Positions 1 to 12,157 of a stretch of 64,000 nt of DNA are shown piece by piece. The stretch lies in the NCBI RefSeq assembly GCF_009914755.1, contig NC_060936.1; one strand, given 5' to 3'. The position numbers were made by a program, and so were the translations under genes. The DNA comes from the human T2T-CHM13v2.0 reference genome, Homo sapiens. The notes under the pieces are model-generated. The model saw only the letters and a list, made by a program, of their open reading frames with translations. It had not been told where the DNA came from and made no database searches. Each line of letters starts with the position of its first letter. Within the stretch, counting starts at the first letter, position 1.

Positions 1-807
1 AAACATCTGTGCTGCAATGTTCTTCCCAGCTCAACTAGAAAGATGTACCAGACTTTACACAAAGGCTCCCCCAGGAAGTAGTTGAAATGCAGTTTCCACA
101 GACCCTTAAAAGTGGCAGAGTAAGAACATCTGCCAAAACAGGAAAAATGTTTAACAACTTGACAAGGAATTTTTAAAAATCTGCCCCAGGGTTTGTCTAC
201 TGTAAATCTGTTAAAGCAGGGTTTTAGCCCAGGGATAGGAAGGTGTTGGGAATCTTGGTTCTAATTCCATTTTGAACTTGCCTATTCTCAAACCTCTTTG
301 TCATTCCTCTGTTCTACTTTCTTCTGTCTATCAGAGCAAACTGGTTGCCTGTTGAGGGCGACCTGTGACTGACTGGTTGTGACTGTTGTAGGTTAAGAGG
401 GATTCTGAGTCATGTATGGACTCAGTGAGAAAGAGTGTTGTGATTGATTAGTGATGTCTGCCAGGACTGAGGCAATAGGGAATGATAACGGGCAAGCCAC
501 GTATTTCCCATCTCTATCATACACAAAAAGGAAATGGTAAAAGGAGGAAGACATCAGAAAAAAAGTATCAAAACTAAATGCAATTTAGTTTACTAAAAAC
601 CACCAGATACCTTTTAGAACCTGTTTCTGACAAGCATAGCCCCAGCTACTGACTCCAGTGCCACCCCAGAGAGTCCACTAAACACTCAACACCTGCAAAG
701 CATGAAGCATGTGGTCTTCTTCTGAGAAGAACACAGTTCCTTCTGCATAATGATGTCATTATTGTATTCTGTGATCCCACTACCCTGGCCACAGTCGATT
801 GGTTAAA

Positions 808-1011
808 ACAGTTGGAAACTTTAGGCCACAGGCACCTGTTTGGGTAAATAAAGTTTTATTGGAACACAGCAACACTCATTGGTTTGTGTATTATCTATGG
901 TTACTTTTGTGCTACAACAATGGAACTGAGTCACTGTGACAGAGACTGCATGGCCTGCAAAGCTGAAAATTTTTATTCTTTGGCCCTTTTCATTAAAGTT
1001 TGCTGACCCTT
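808..1011 (+). mobile_element. MER58A-like hAT-Charlie MITE
   Basis: AATAAAGTTTTATTGGAACACAGC core and AAAGTTTGCTGACCCTTG terminus. Confidence 0.85.
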
Positions 1012-1759
1012 GGATTAAAGAGTTGCCATTCAATGTAAATGTAATTGAAAAGAGGGCTTCATAATAAAAGTCAGCCATCTATAAGTTATCTTGAGGATAG
1101 TCACTGTCATGCCATATTGGCTGATGACAAATTATTTCCGTCATCAGATTCTCTCTCTTTCCCTCTCTCTCTGAGGGAGATACAGGGTGAATCAAGGTTA
1201 CTAGAACTACTGCTGGATCCAGAATGGAAGTGAAACACTGGTCTTGTTTCCCATGAGTCTTGCTCTATAGCCTAGTCTTGGAAACACTGTGTTATTCCCT
1301 ATGCTTTCATACTTGCCTGCATTTTTATAAAATAAACTCTCATGACCTAAGGGTAGGAGAGTTAGGGGATTTCACTTCTCATGCCACTTCTGGTAGTGCC
1401 TGTCCAGTACAGTGTCTGCAAACATGAAGCCTGGACAGGAAAGAGTACCATGATGGATCAGTGATGTCTGCCATGGGTCATGGAAGGAGAGGAGAGATAG
1501 TAATGTGTGATGTGTATTTAACAGCTAGGACTTAAGTTAATCTTTGGTGCCTTCTCTTTGCAACGTAAGAGTCTATCTTCTATATCCACCTTATTACCAC
1601 CTTCTCTCATCTTCCTTGGAAGTTAGATTTAAAATGTATCATTCTGTTTGTGAATATGCACCCTTGTGCCATTTTCTCCAGAGAGTTTCATATGTAATCT
1701 TTATTTCCTCAGTCAAACAACAAACATCTCCTCAAACATGCTTAATTTCTCTTATTTTA

Positions 1760-2105
<346 letters not shown>

Positions 2106-2765
2106 TCATTTAATGAATCCATGATGCTTCTAATTTGGGGATTGAAGGTGCCAGCTTTCCTCTTTGAGCTCTGATTCTCCATTTATTCACATCAACTTTG
2201 AGGAAGACATACCGTCTAGTTCATCTAAAAGTTTCCCTTAACAACTCAATCCCCTTTATTCTTGTGCAGTGCCATGGATATCCTATGCCCCACAAGTCCA
2301 GCTGGCTTGGCTGGGATCCACCTGGCTGCAGAGTCACTGTGTGTCCGGGTGCAGTGACTATCCACGAGAAGTTGGACTTGCCCTTTGTTTCCAAGTTCTA
2401 ATCCTGACCCCTGCCTGCTTCCTTCTTGGCTTCTCTCCACCTCTAAGCTTACCTCACTCTCCAAGGCCTCCTCCCACCCACTCTGTGACCTTTCTCTCTA
2501 AAATATGGCCTACAGAGTCTCTATATAACAAAGACTCATTTGGCTGGTGACAATCATTCCAAGCCTTCCCAGGACTTTCCAGCCTCCAGATCCGAAGAAG
2601 GTTATGTTAACTTAAACACCCACAGGTCTCTAACTCATGTCCCTTACCTGTGGAATTGCAGAATCATTTCCTACTCACCTGCCCTTACCTTCCCTAGTTA
2701 CTGCTTAGATTGGCCAGGGGTAGCCCTCATTTAGTAAGTTTATTCATGATCTTCTTGGTGCATGC

Positions 2766-3096
2766 TTTGTTTTTTTTTTGTTGTTGTTATTGTTGTTTTG
2801 TTTTGTTTTGTTTTGAGTCAGAGTCTTGCTCTGTCACCCAGGCTGGAGTGCAGGGCCATGATCTCAGCTCACTGCAACGTCCGCCTCCCGGGTTCAAGCG
2901 ATTCTTGTACCTCAGCCCTGCAAGTAGCTGACACTACAGGCACCTGCCATCACACCTGGCTAATTTTCGTATTTTTTGTAGAGATGGGGTTTCACCATGT
3001 TGGCCATGCTGGTCTCAAACTCCTGACCTCAAGTGATTTGCCCACCTCAGCCTCCCAAAGTGCTAGGATTACAGGTGTGAGCCACTGCACCCAGCC
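2766..3096 (-). mobile_element. Alu (S/J type)
   Basis: Full reverse Alu with (TTTTG)n tail and TGGTGCATGC TSD. Confidence 0.97.
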
Positions 3097-3670
3097 ATGG
3101 TGCATGCCTTTTGTCACCCAGGGCCCTAAAACAGAACTGCCTGGACCCTAGTCTTATACAAATCTCCATGACAAAAACTGCTTCTCATTTCCCCTTAACT
3201 CTCCTTCTACACAGAAGAAATGCAGTCGGCTCTCAGGAAGGCAGTCTAGAGCATGATTAAGAGGACGACGTTGCACTAGACAGGTGGATTTAAATTCAGA
3301 TTTCCACTCTTTCCTGGCCACTCAGATGTTAACTAAACTCCCTATGCCTCAGTTTCCACATGTGTAAAGTGGAATATTGATACGGTAATCATTAACTTAT
3401 AGAATTGTGTAGGTGTATTCATTCTCTAGGGTTATTGCAAGAAATGACCACACACTGGATAGCTTAAAATAATCGAAATCCATTCTCTCATTGTTCTGGA
3501 GGCCAGAAGTGGGAAATTGAAGTGTCCACAGTGCTCATTTCTTCTGAAGGCTGGCAGGGAGGATCTGTTCCCTGCTCCCATCTTACCTTCTGGTGGCTGA
3601 CAGTGGTGACAGTAGTCCTTGGAACTCCTCGGTTTATAGACACATTACCCCAAACTTTGCCTCCATTTTC

Positions 3671-4174
3671 TTTTTTTTTTTCTGCTCCAGTCAATGAAAG
3701 GGACACTTTATTGATCCCCAGGGCCATGAGGCCCTGTGGGGAAGGAAGAGCCTTATTTGACCTTCTTCTTGGGGCACAGGTTGTTGGCGTGGCCGCATTT
3801 CTTCTTGCAGCAGTTGACAGCACGGGGGTGAGCACAGCACTGGCACAGATCATCTTGTCACAGTTGTATTTCTGGGCAAGCCAATGGAGGGAAGGCTTAA
3901 TAATGCCACCTCACAGGCGCAGCACCAGGTGAAGGGTGGACTCTTTCTGGATGTTCTAGTCTGAGAGACTGTGGCCATCCTCCAGCTGTTTGCCCACAAA
4001 TATCAGACACTGCTGGTCAGGCAGGATGCCCTCCTTGTCTTGGATTTTAGCTTTGACATTCTCAATGGTGTCACTGGGCTCCACCTCAAGGGTGATGGTC
4101 TTGCCCGTGAGGGTGTTCATAAAGATCTGCATCTCTGAGTCTGCAGCTCAGCCGCCTCACTGAAGAGAAAGAGC
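3671..4174 (-). pseudogene. UBA52: Processed pseudogene of UBA52 (ubiquitin-60S ribosomal protein L40 fusion)
   Basis: Minus strand from the ATG at 4132 reads [94 protein letters not shown], then after a frameshift ...[25 protein letters not shown] (TAA at 3753-3755). There are two premature stops (Y59, R74), and the 380-nt span is 7 nt short of a 128-codon CDS. It is intronless, with a pyrimidine (TOP-like) 5' end, AATAAA, a poly(A) tail and a 12-bp TSD GCCTCCATTTTC at 3659-3670 and 4175-4186. Confidence 0.97.
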
Positions 4175-4318
4175 GCCTCCATTTTCACATCACCTTCCTC
4201 CACGTGTATCTCTCCTCTGCGTGCCTCTTACAAGGACTCTTGTCCCTTAGGGCCTACCCTGATAATCTAGTGTGTTCTCATCTTTGAGATTCTTAATTAT
4301 ATCTACAAGACCTTTCTT

Positions 4319-4996
4319 TCTTAAAAAATTTTATTTTTAATTTATTTTTTATTTCCATATTTTATTTTCCATAAAAAAAATTTCCATATTTTTTATTTCC
4401 AGTCCATTGGGAACAGGTGGTGTTTGGTTACATGAGTAGGTTCTTTAGTGGTGATTTGTGAGATTTTGGTGCACGCATCACCCGAGCAGAAAAACTAAAC
4501 CCAATTTGTAGCCTTTTATCCCTCACCACCTTCCCACCCTTTCCCCTGAATCCCCACAGTCCATTGTGTCATTCTTATGCCTTTGCATCCTTGTAGCTTA
4601 GCTCCCACTTATCAGTGAGAATATGATTAGGTTACTAAGAATGCCATTAAGTCATTCCTTTCTATGGTGGTATTCTATCATATATATGTAACAGTTTCTT
4701 TACCCACTCATTGACTGATGAGCATTAGAGCTGGTTCCACATTTTTACAATTGTGAATTGTGCTGCTATAAACATGTGTGTGCAAGTATCTTTTTCATAT
4801 AATGACTTCTTTTCCTCTGAGTAGATACCCAGTAGTGGGATTGCTGGATCAAAGGGTAGTTCTACTTTTAGTTCTTTAAGGAATTGCCATACTGTTTTCC
4901 ATAGCTCTTGTATTAGTTTACATTCCCGCCAGCAGTGTAGAAGTATTCCCTTTCCAGTGCATCCACAGCAAAATCTATTAATTTTGATTTTTTGTG
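4319..4996 (-). mobile_element. 5'-truncated L1 3' end (L1PB-like)
   Basis: T-rich tail followed by GGGAACAGGTGGTGTTTGGTTACATGAGT...ATACCCAGTAGTGGGATTGCTGGATC. Diverged 19-bp TSD TATCT(A/G)CAAGACC(T/C)TTCTT at 4300-4318 and 4997-5015. Confidence 0.9.
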
Positions 4997-5239
4997 TATC
5001 TGCAAGACCCTTCTTACAAATAATGTCACATTCACAGATTGTAGATGTTACGATGTAGACATATCATTTTGGGGAGCACAGTTCAACCCACGACAGTAGG
5101 ATTATAAGAGATGGTGCATACACTATGCTTAGCACCATGGCTGGCACATAGCAAATAGTTTTGTTCTTATCATTCTTTAAAGGGCCAGAGCTAGGCTCTA
5201 GATTTAAAAACAAGTATCTCTGATCTTCTCCATTTCCCA

Positions 5240-5244
<5 letters not shown>

Positions 5245-5287
<43 letters not shown>
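5245..5287. repeat. (TC)n microsatellite
   Basis: Read directly from the sequence. Confidence 0.98.
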
Positions 5288-5289
<2 letters not shown>

Positions 5290-5402
5290 CCTCTGTCTGC
5301 TTAGTTTGAAATCTGCCAGAAGTTGAGCATGAAACAAGGACTTGGATACAAGTAGTTTTATTGGTGGTGGGGGTAACATGGCGGGGGAGGGTCGGAGTGT
5401 GG

Positions 5403-5417
5403 AGGTCAAGGTGACCT
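5403..5417. promoter_or_regulatory. Perfect consensus oestrogen-response element (IR3) motif
   Basis: AGGTCA-AGG-TGACCT. Motif match only; function untested. Confidence 0.5.
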
Positions 5418-5450
5418 CGGGACTCAGGTGCAAGGGAATGGACAGAGTGA

Positions 5451-5786
<336 letters not shown>

Positions 5787-6212
5787 TGAGGCTACTTCGT
5801 ATATGAAGCAGCTGTGTAGACAATGGGATATAAATACCGTCGGAAGCTGTGAGAAGTGTACGGAATACATCCCAGAAATGTCCCGTTGATGGATCAAGGT
5901 GAGGCATTTAGACCCTAACTCCACCTGCTACTGGTTGAGGGTCACCCCCAGTGACTCCTGCTCATGGCCTCGGCAGCTTCCTACAGCTTCACAGAGGCCA
6001 TGGTGCGCACTTGGATAGCATACTGTCAATTTGAGTCTGAGCTTGCAGGAACCTCTGCCCGGCAGCTGCAGCTGCATTCAGAGGTGAGCAGGTATGATAA
6101 GGAACACCTTAAATCAGCTTAAGGGGGTATGATAAGGAACACCTTAAATCTCCTTAACTCCTCACTAGAAGCCAATGCATAGATATCTTCCATGATAGGC
6201 TTATTTTTTTCA

Positions 6213-6701
6213 TGTTGTCACAGGTTGAATTGTGTCCCCTAAAAAGATACATTGAAGTCTTAACTCCCATACCAGTGCATGTGATTGTATTTGGAAATAG
6301 GGTCTTTGCAGATGGAGTCAAGTTAAGATGAGGTCCTCAGGGTGGCCCCTGCTCCAATATGATGGGGGTGCCTTAATAAGAGGAAGAGAAATGGCAGAGG
6401 CTGCCATGCACAGGGGAAAAATGTGAAGACACACAGGACAGGGTCCACATGATGATGGAGGCAGAGATTGGACTGATGCATCTACAAGCTAAGGAATGCC
6501 AAAGATTGCCAGCAACCAGGAGATGCTAAGAGAAAGACATGGAGCACATTCTCTCCTAGAGCCTTCAGAGAGAACACGGCCCCGCTAACACCTTGATTTG
6601 TAACTTCTAGCCTTCAGAACTGCAAGAGTATCCATTTCTCTTGTTTTAAGTCACCCAGTCTGTGGTGCTTGGCTATGGTAGTCCTAGGAAATGAATAAAC
6701 A
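6213..6701 (+). mobile_element. MLT1C-like solo LTR
   Basis: GGTTGAATTGTGTCCCC...TATTTGGAAATAGGGTCTTTGCAGATG...CCTAGGAAATGAATAAACA. Confidence 0.88.
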
Positions 6702-8061
6702 TGCTCATTAATTCATTCTAGCAATGCCTGGATGTGTTTTATGGGATAGAAAGGGCTCGCAAGTTCATTACTTAAACCAATCTTTGAGCCTCATTTTGGC
6801 TCAAATAGAACCCCACTGACCATGGGAGGGTTCAGGGGGGATCTGGGTTGGAAACATGTGTCCTCTTCCAAATTGCTATGCAGCTCACCCACACCATCTG
6901 CCAGCATTCTTCACCCCCTCCCCTACTGCAGACCTGTTCCCGAGATAGCTCTGCTCCCAACATCCCTGAGAGTAATATCTTGACCAACTCAGGGACCACC
7001 TTATAAAAGACTCAAGACTTCACTTGCCAGGTACAATCGCATCCATTTGCACTTCTTTAAACTGCATGCTATTCAGCTTCCCTTCCATCATCACGGTGGA
7101 CTCCACTTTGAATCCTCCCAGGCTAGAATTGTAGAGTGCATGGGCCCTTGGGATTATCAACGCTCATCCTTCCCACTTTACTCTTGGAGAAATATTATAA
7201 CTTTACCACCTATCACCCTAGGCCTGAGTCCTGCTCCAGGGTGGAATAGGAGTTCTGGCTTTCTCCTCCCAAACCATCTGTTCATTCTGACCTTGGTCAC
7301 ATTCCCTTTTTTGCAGGGGAGTGGTGCTGGGAGCATAGCGTCTTCATGCCATCTCTTCTGCTTGTGCCTGGATTGTAGCCTTAAAGATTTTATCCAGAAT
7401 GTAATGTAGGCAGGAAATTCCCACCAATACCAAGGGGCTAATGACAGCCATTGTGTTTCCTTATGAAAAGCAGGGGTCAGCACCTTTAGTTGGGGAATAA
7501 ATTACGAATTTGTCTTCAGTGTGTTTCTCACAGTTTCTCCTACTGTGCTGGGTGTACTAAAGACAGATGACACTCTACCCCAAAGTCAGTGTAGAAATGC
7601 AGAGAAGCTTGAGAACATGAAATAGAAGATAAGAACAGAGAGAACGGGGGAGCAGAGGGAAGAAGAAGAGAAAAGAAATCTTCAGGAACACATAGAAAAC
7701 TATCTGCTGGTTAAATTCCAGGCTTTGAAATGCAAAGAATGGCATGTTCCAGTAGCTTTTTATAGACCTATGCTCTACAATATTAGAAACAAGCACAGCG
7801 GACACATAATTTCATGGTTACATCCCGATTTGGTTATTTTTGCCAGTGCAGCTAAGGGATACCCTGATCAGTAAAATCCAGATAATTTCCAAAGCTGTTG
7901 CATCAAATCCTTTGGCTTAGTCCTTCCTGCAAAACACAGGATCACTCCCTGACATTGCCAGAAAACTGTTACTGCAGACTGGCATTTCACCTTCTTTAAA
8001 TGATTCTGACCACTTTCCCCAAATACAGAGGTGTTTCCAAAGTAGGAAGAACAGATAAATG

Positions 8062-8180
8062 TGCCAGGCACAGCATGCCTGTAGTCCCAGCTACTCAAGA
8101 GGCTGAGGCAGGAGGATTGCTTGAGATCAGGAGTTTGAGACTAGCCTGAGCAACGTAGCAAGACCGCATCTCAAAAAAAA
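8062..8180 (+). mobile_element. Alu monomer (FLAM-like)
   Basis: Single Alu arm of about 120 bp with an A tail. Confidence 0.88.
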
Positions 8181-8344
8181 GTTATAAAAAATTATAAAAC
8201 AATAGACTACACTCCATCTTCACCCACCTCCAAAACACACAAAGGAATTCTTGTTTTCATGGTGCATGCCTGGGTCATTTCTGCAGGTGATTCATTAAAA
8301 CACCTGGTTTGGAGTCATAAATTGTACACCCGTTAAGTATACAT

Positions 8345-8790
8345 ATGTTAGTTACTGCTGTGTAACAAACTAACCCAGAACTTGGTGGCTCAAAGCAACA
8401 ACCATCTTACTTGAGTCTAGTTGTCTAGTTGTCTAGAGACAAGTTGTCTAGTTCTACTGATGTGGGCTAGGTACAGCTGTCTTACTCATGCATCTGTGGT
8501 CAGCGGGTAGGTTGGCTGGGGGCTGGCTGGTTTAGGATGTCCTCAGCTGGGATGACTCATACCTTTCCAGTAGAGGGTGTTGTCATGGTGGTGACTAGCA
8601 GAAAAAAAAAAAAAAAACGACAAAACAAAACACAGTTTGCAGTGTCTGAAGTGAGTTTGTTACCACCCCATTGTCCAAAACAGGTCACATGCTCAAGCCA
8701 CAAACTGTGTAGGGCACTACCAAAGGTTATAGGCACAGGGAGACATCAAAATGAGATGCATGTCTCCAATCAATTTACTAGAGGGTAGAA
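8345..8790 (-). mobile_element. Old MLT1-family LTR
   Basis: TGTTAGTTACTGCTGTGTAACAAACTAACCCAGAACTTGGTGGCT start, typical of a reverse MLT1. Confidence 0.65.
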
Positions 8791-8875
8791 ACTGCACAGG
8801 TAGCTATTCAACAATAGTATGCTAGCTACATACAGAAAACAAAATGAAAAGTTTGGAAAATTATCTGATCATCCC

Positions 8876-9062
8876 CTTGATCAGTCATCAGAAAACATTT
8901 TAGTAAAGAGCTAGGTAGTAAAATTGCAGGCTTGCAGAACGTGCAGTCTCTGTCACAGCTACTCAAGTGTGCCACTGTAGCATGAAAGCAGCTATGGAAT
9001 ACATAAATGAATGAGTGTGGCTGTGTTCCAATAAAACTTTATTTGCAAAAACAGGGGGCTAG
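8876..9062 (-). mobile_element. MER58A-like MITE
   Basis: GGCTGTGTTCCAATAAAACTTTATTTGCAAAAACAGG. Confidence 0.8.
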
Positions 9063-10039
9063 CCCATGATCTTGGTCATCATTCATGAAACTGACATTTG
9101 CTGGGGTCAGACTATGGGCCAGGCACTGTGGATGTGAAGATGAATAAAACATGTCCCAATGAGCTTTCAGCCTAATATGGAGACTGGCATACTGTAAGAG
9201 CTCAACAAATACGCAGTGAGTTAACATTAATGGGAAGATAGGTAATAAAGAAACACAATGGAAAGGAATGTTGCTGGGGCCATAGAAGTCTAGACAGGGT
9301 GCAAGGGATAGGAAGAAAGAGGCTTCCAGGAAGAGGTTACGTTTGAAGACTGTGTAGGCGTTCTCACAAGCATATCTAGGGTAGAGTTTGGAATTCCAGG
9401 CTGAGGGAACAGAGAGATTAGAGACCAGGTGATGAAAAAGAACTTGGCGAATATTTAAGCGGGGCTGGACCAAAGGGTGTTTCATTTAGCTTTCAATTTT
9501 TTTGGCTGGGTCTAGATTCTTTTAAGCCTAAATTATTCGAAGGTTCAAATTTCCGCAATCCTTGGGGAATACCCAGTACCTGAGGTATTATGACAGCATG
9601 TCTTTTCGCCCTACCAAATTTAAAGAAGCGATATGGCGCATAGAGAATGAACCAGATTAGGAATCAGAACTGGGCTCTAATTTCCCTCACTCCTCTCATT
9701 GCTCCCTGGATAACCATGACCATTTCACATGCCTCTTTATGCCTCAATTCCCCTAACTACAAAACGGGGGAAATAATGTCTCATAAGATCGCTGTAAGAA
9801 TTCCAAGAAATATCTACGATGTGCTTAAACACACTGCCTGGTTGGGGATAAACACTCAGAAATGCTAGCTAGCTATCCTCATCTTCATTGTTATCATTGT
9901 TGATCATCATTGCCATCTTCATTTACTCTTCTCTCTACCCAATCCGTCCTTGAAACTCCCTACCCCAGACACTGAAGCCTCCAGAGATGAACCCAGAACT
10001 GGCTCCAGAAACAAGTCCCCCACCCCCTGCTGTTTGTTG

Positions 10040-11010
10040 GGTGGGGTGAGTCGGGGGACGCTGTCTGAGTCTCTGTTGTGTGCACAGCCAGCGAAGATGC
10101 CTAGAGCAGGGTTGGAGACAGGCAGTGGCGGAGGCTGCGAGTTGCTCGCCAACAAACAAAAGTTGCCTTTCATCTGATCCAGTGTTCCCGAAGAGGAATC
10201 ACTTCCTCCTGCCTGGGCGTTTATGAAAGCCGACAGCAGAGGCGAGAAAACAGCCAGCTCTTTCTGCGCGTGATAAAACCATTACAATCAATTTAGGCAG
10301 CTCACAGGCGCGCAGACACTCTGTGTCGACTGGATTCTGTTACCGGGAGTGGGGTGGGGGGAGCTGGGGCGGGGTGGGGGGCGCGAGGGGGGCCTTCTGG
10401 GAGACTGGAGCATTCGGCCTTCCGCGGATGGGCCCCATTACGGCTGCAGGCTGGCGCCACTGCTGCGGGGGCTCGCTACCCAATGAAAGTGTCATCCAAC
10501 TGGAAGATGGGGGGGCTACCAGTGTTAGCTTAACTCCTGCGGTCTCGCAGACTAATTGCTCACGGTGGAAACACGCCTCAAAGTGCTTTGGCCTCGTCAA
10601 TAATAGGGTATCAGATGCTTTCCATTCCACAGCGCATTGATCTGTTTCCTCCCCAGGCCTCCTCCTGGCTCCGCTCCCTGGCGTCCCCCCACCGGTGCTG
10701 CCCTGGCTTCTACCTCTGATGACTCTTCTTCCTTTTTTTTTTTTATAAGTGTTTTCTAAGCGTGTGTTTAGCATGAGTGGTGCCTAAGTGCTAATTGTTA
10801 CACCACAGATTGATTGGCGACGAGATGGCTTGCCAAGTTCCTCCAGTCTCCCGGGGGGAGGAGGGTGGGGCGGAGGGAGGAAGGGTGGGGAGGGCTTAGG
10901 GTGGGGGTGGCAGCGGTTGTCGGAGGGAGGAGGAGAGGGGAATCCTTGATACTTCTGAGTTGCCTCTGAATCTATGTCTTTCTGGGTTGGAAACTCGTGC
11001 CTGCCGTCGG
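10040..11010. promoter_or_regulatory. CpG-rich, repeat-free island; candidate orphan CpG island or distal enhancer
   Basis: CpG density is clearly above the flanks. G-tracts at about 10344-10392 and 10852-10910, and homeodomain-like motifs (CCATTACAATCAATT, GATTGATTGG, GTCAATAAT). Confidence 0.65.
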
Positions 11011-11990
11011 GGAGATTCAGTGAGGGGGCAACCTCTACTGATACTTTGTTATTTGAGAAAATGGCATTGCTTTCTTTGCCAGTGCTGAATAAACCCTGGA
11101 ACAGGCTGCAGCTGATGGAATCAAGCAGGGAGGATAAGTAGTGGGGTCAAACGTCCTTGCTGTCCCGGGCAGGGAGCACGTTGTTTTATCCATGACACCC
11201 CCTCAACAACCCCCAGTCCAGGTCTAGGTTAGGGTCCCTGCCAAATGCCCTGAGAAATAGAAGTCTGTACTTAGCCCATCATCCCTTTTTGGAGTTACTT
11301 ATTATCTGGTGCTTTCCACTGACCTGTTTTCCACAATGGTGGGAACCTAACGCGGAGCGTGTCAGGTTCATGTTGCCCCCAAAACATTTATTCTCATTCA
11401 TCCAGACCACTGGGTTTTGAGGTCTTTGGAAAATGGGGTTAGCTGAGCCTGTCAAGATTCCCGCAGGTGGGATTCCTTTGACACCTAAAATCCTTCCAAA
11501 GGCAATGCTGGATGCTTCCTTATAAGGCATAGAAACTCTGTCTTGGCAATGAATACGCTGAAACACTTGCACCTGACAGGTGAACCTAAAATCTTTGGGT
11601 GTGTGCCTAGTTCAAATGAGACAGCATGGAGTCTATTAATCCAGTTGTGAAATCCAACCAGCTTTGGAGAGCAGCTTCTGACCCACTTGGAAACTCTATC
11701 CTCCAGGTGGAAAGTGGGGGGCCTAAGAGACATAGGCGGTGAGGTGCACTTGGAAGGCAGACAGCCTGAGCTCCACCTCTCATCCATCTGGTGACACTGG
11801 ACAAGGCACTTAACTTCTTAGTGCCTCAGTTGGCTCACTTGTAAAACAGGGATAATGGCAATGCCCAACCCATATCAGGAGGGCAAAATGAAAAGCCATC
11901 TGGTGATTAATAAATATTCCATCAGCAGTGGCTGGTACAATCACTGCTTTGTAATCTTTCTTCTTCGTTCTGAAATACTCAGCATTGTAT

Positions 11991-12157
11991 AGTCTTGCTG
12001 CTCAAAGTATGCTCCGTGAGCAGTGACTTCAGCTCATCTGGAAACTTTTTAGAAGTGCAGAATCTCAGATACTGCCCCAGACCTACTGAATGGGAATCTG
12101 CATTTTCACAAGATTCCCCAGGAGATTTGGGAGCACACTGAAGTTTGGGAAGTACCA
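11991..12157. mobile_element. MER5-family MITE
   Basis: CCCCAGACCTACTGAAT...AATCTGCATTTT...AAGTTTGGGAAG. Confidence 0.82.

Larger units (their letters stand above)
3412..5096 (-). mobile_element. MLT1-family (MaLR) solo LTR split into three pieces (about 3412-3670, 4175-4318, 4997-5096)
   Basis: MLT1C/D-like motifs (TTCTGGAGGCCAGAAGT, GTCACATTCACAG, TTCAACCCAC) read continuously once the two inserts are removed. Confidence 0.8.

Noticed and set aside
430-1525. Similarity between about 430-510 and 1440-1525 (GAT(T/C)AGTGATGTCTGCCA)
   Set aside because: The two are highly diverged outside the core, so they are more likely two copies of an ancient interspersed repeat than a local duplication.
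3488-4132. 121-aa ORF at 3488-3853 and a 58-codon ubiquitin ORF from 4132
   Set aside because: The first is the frameshifted L40 part reading through the poly(A) into LTR. The second stops at codon 59 and lacks the C-terminal strand and Gly-Gly. Neither supports a functional protein.
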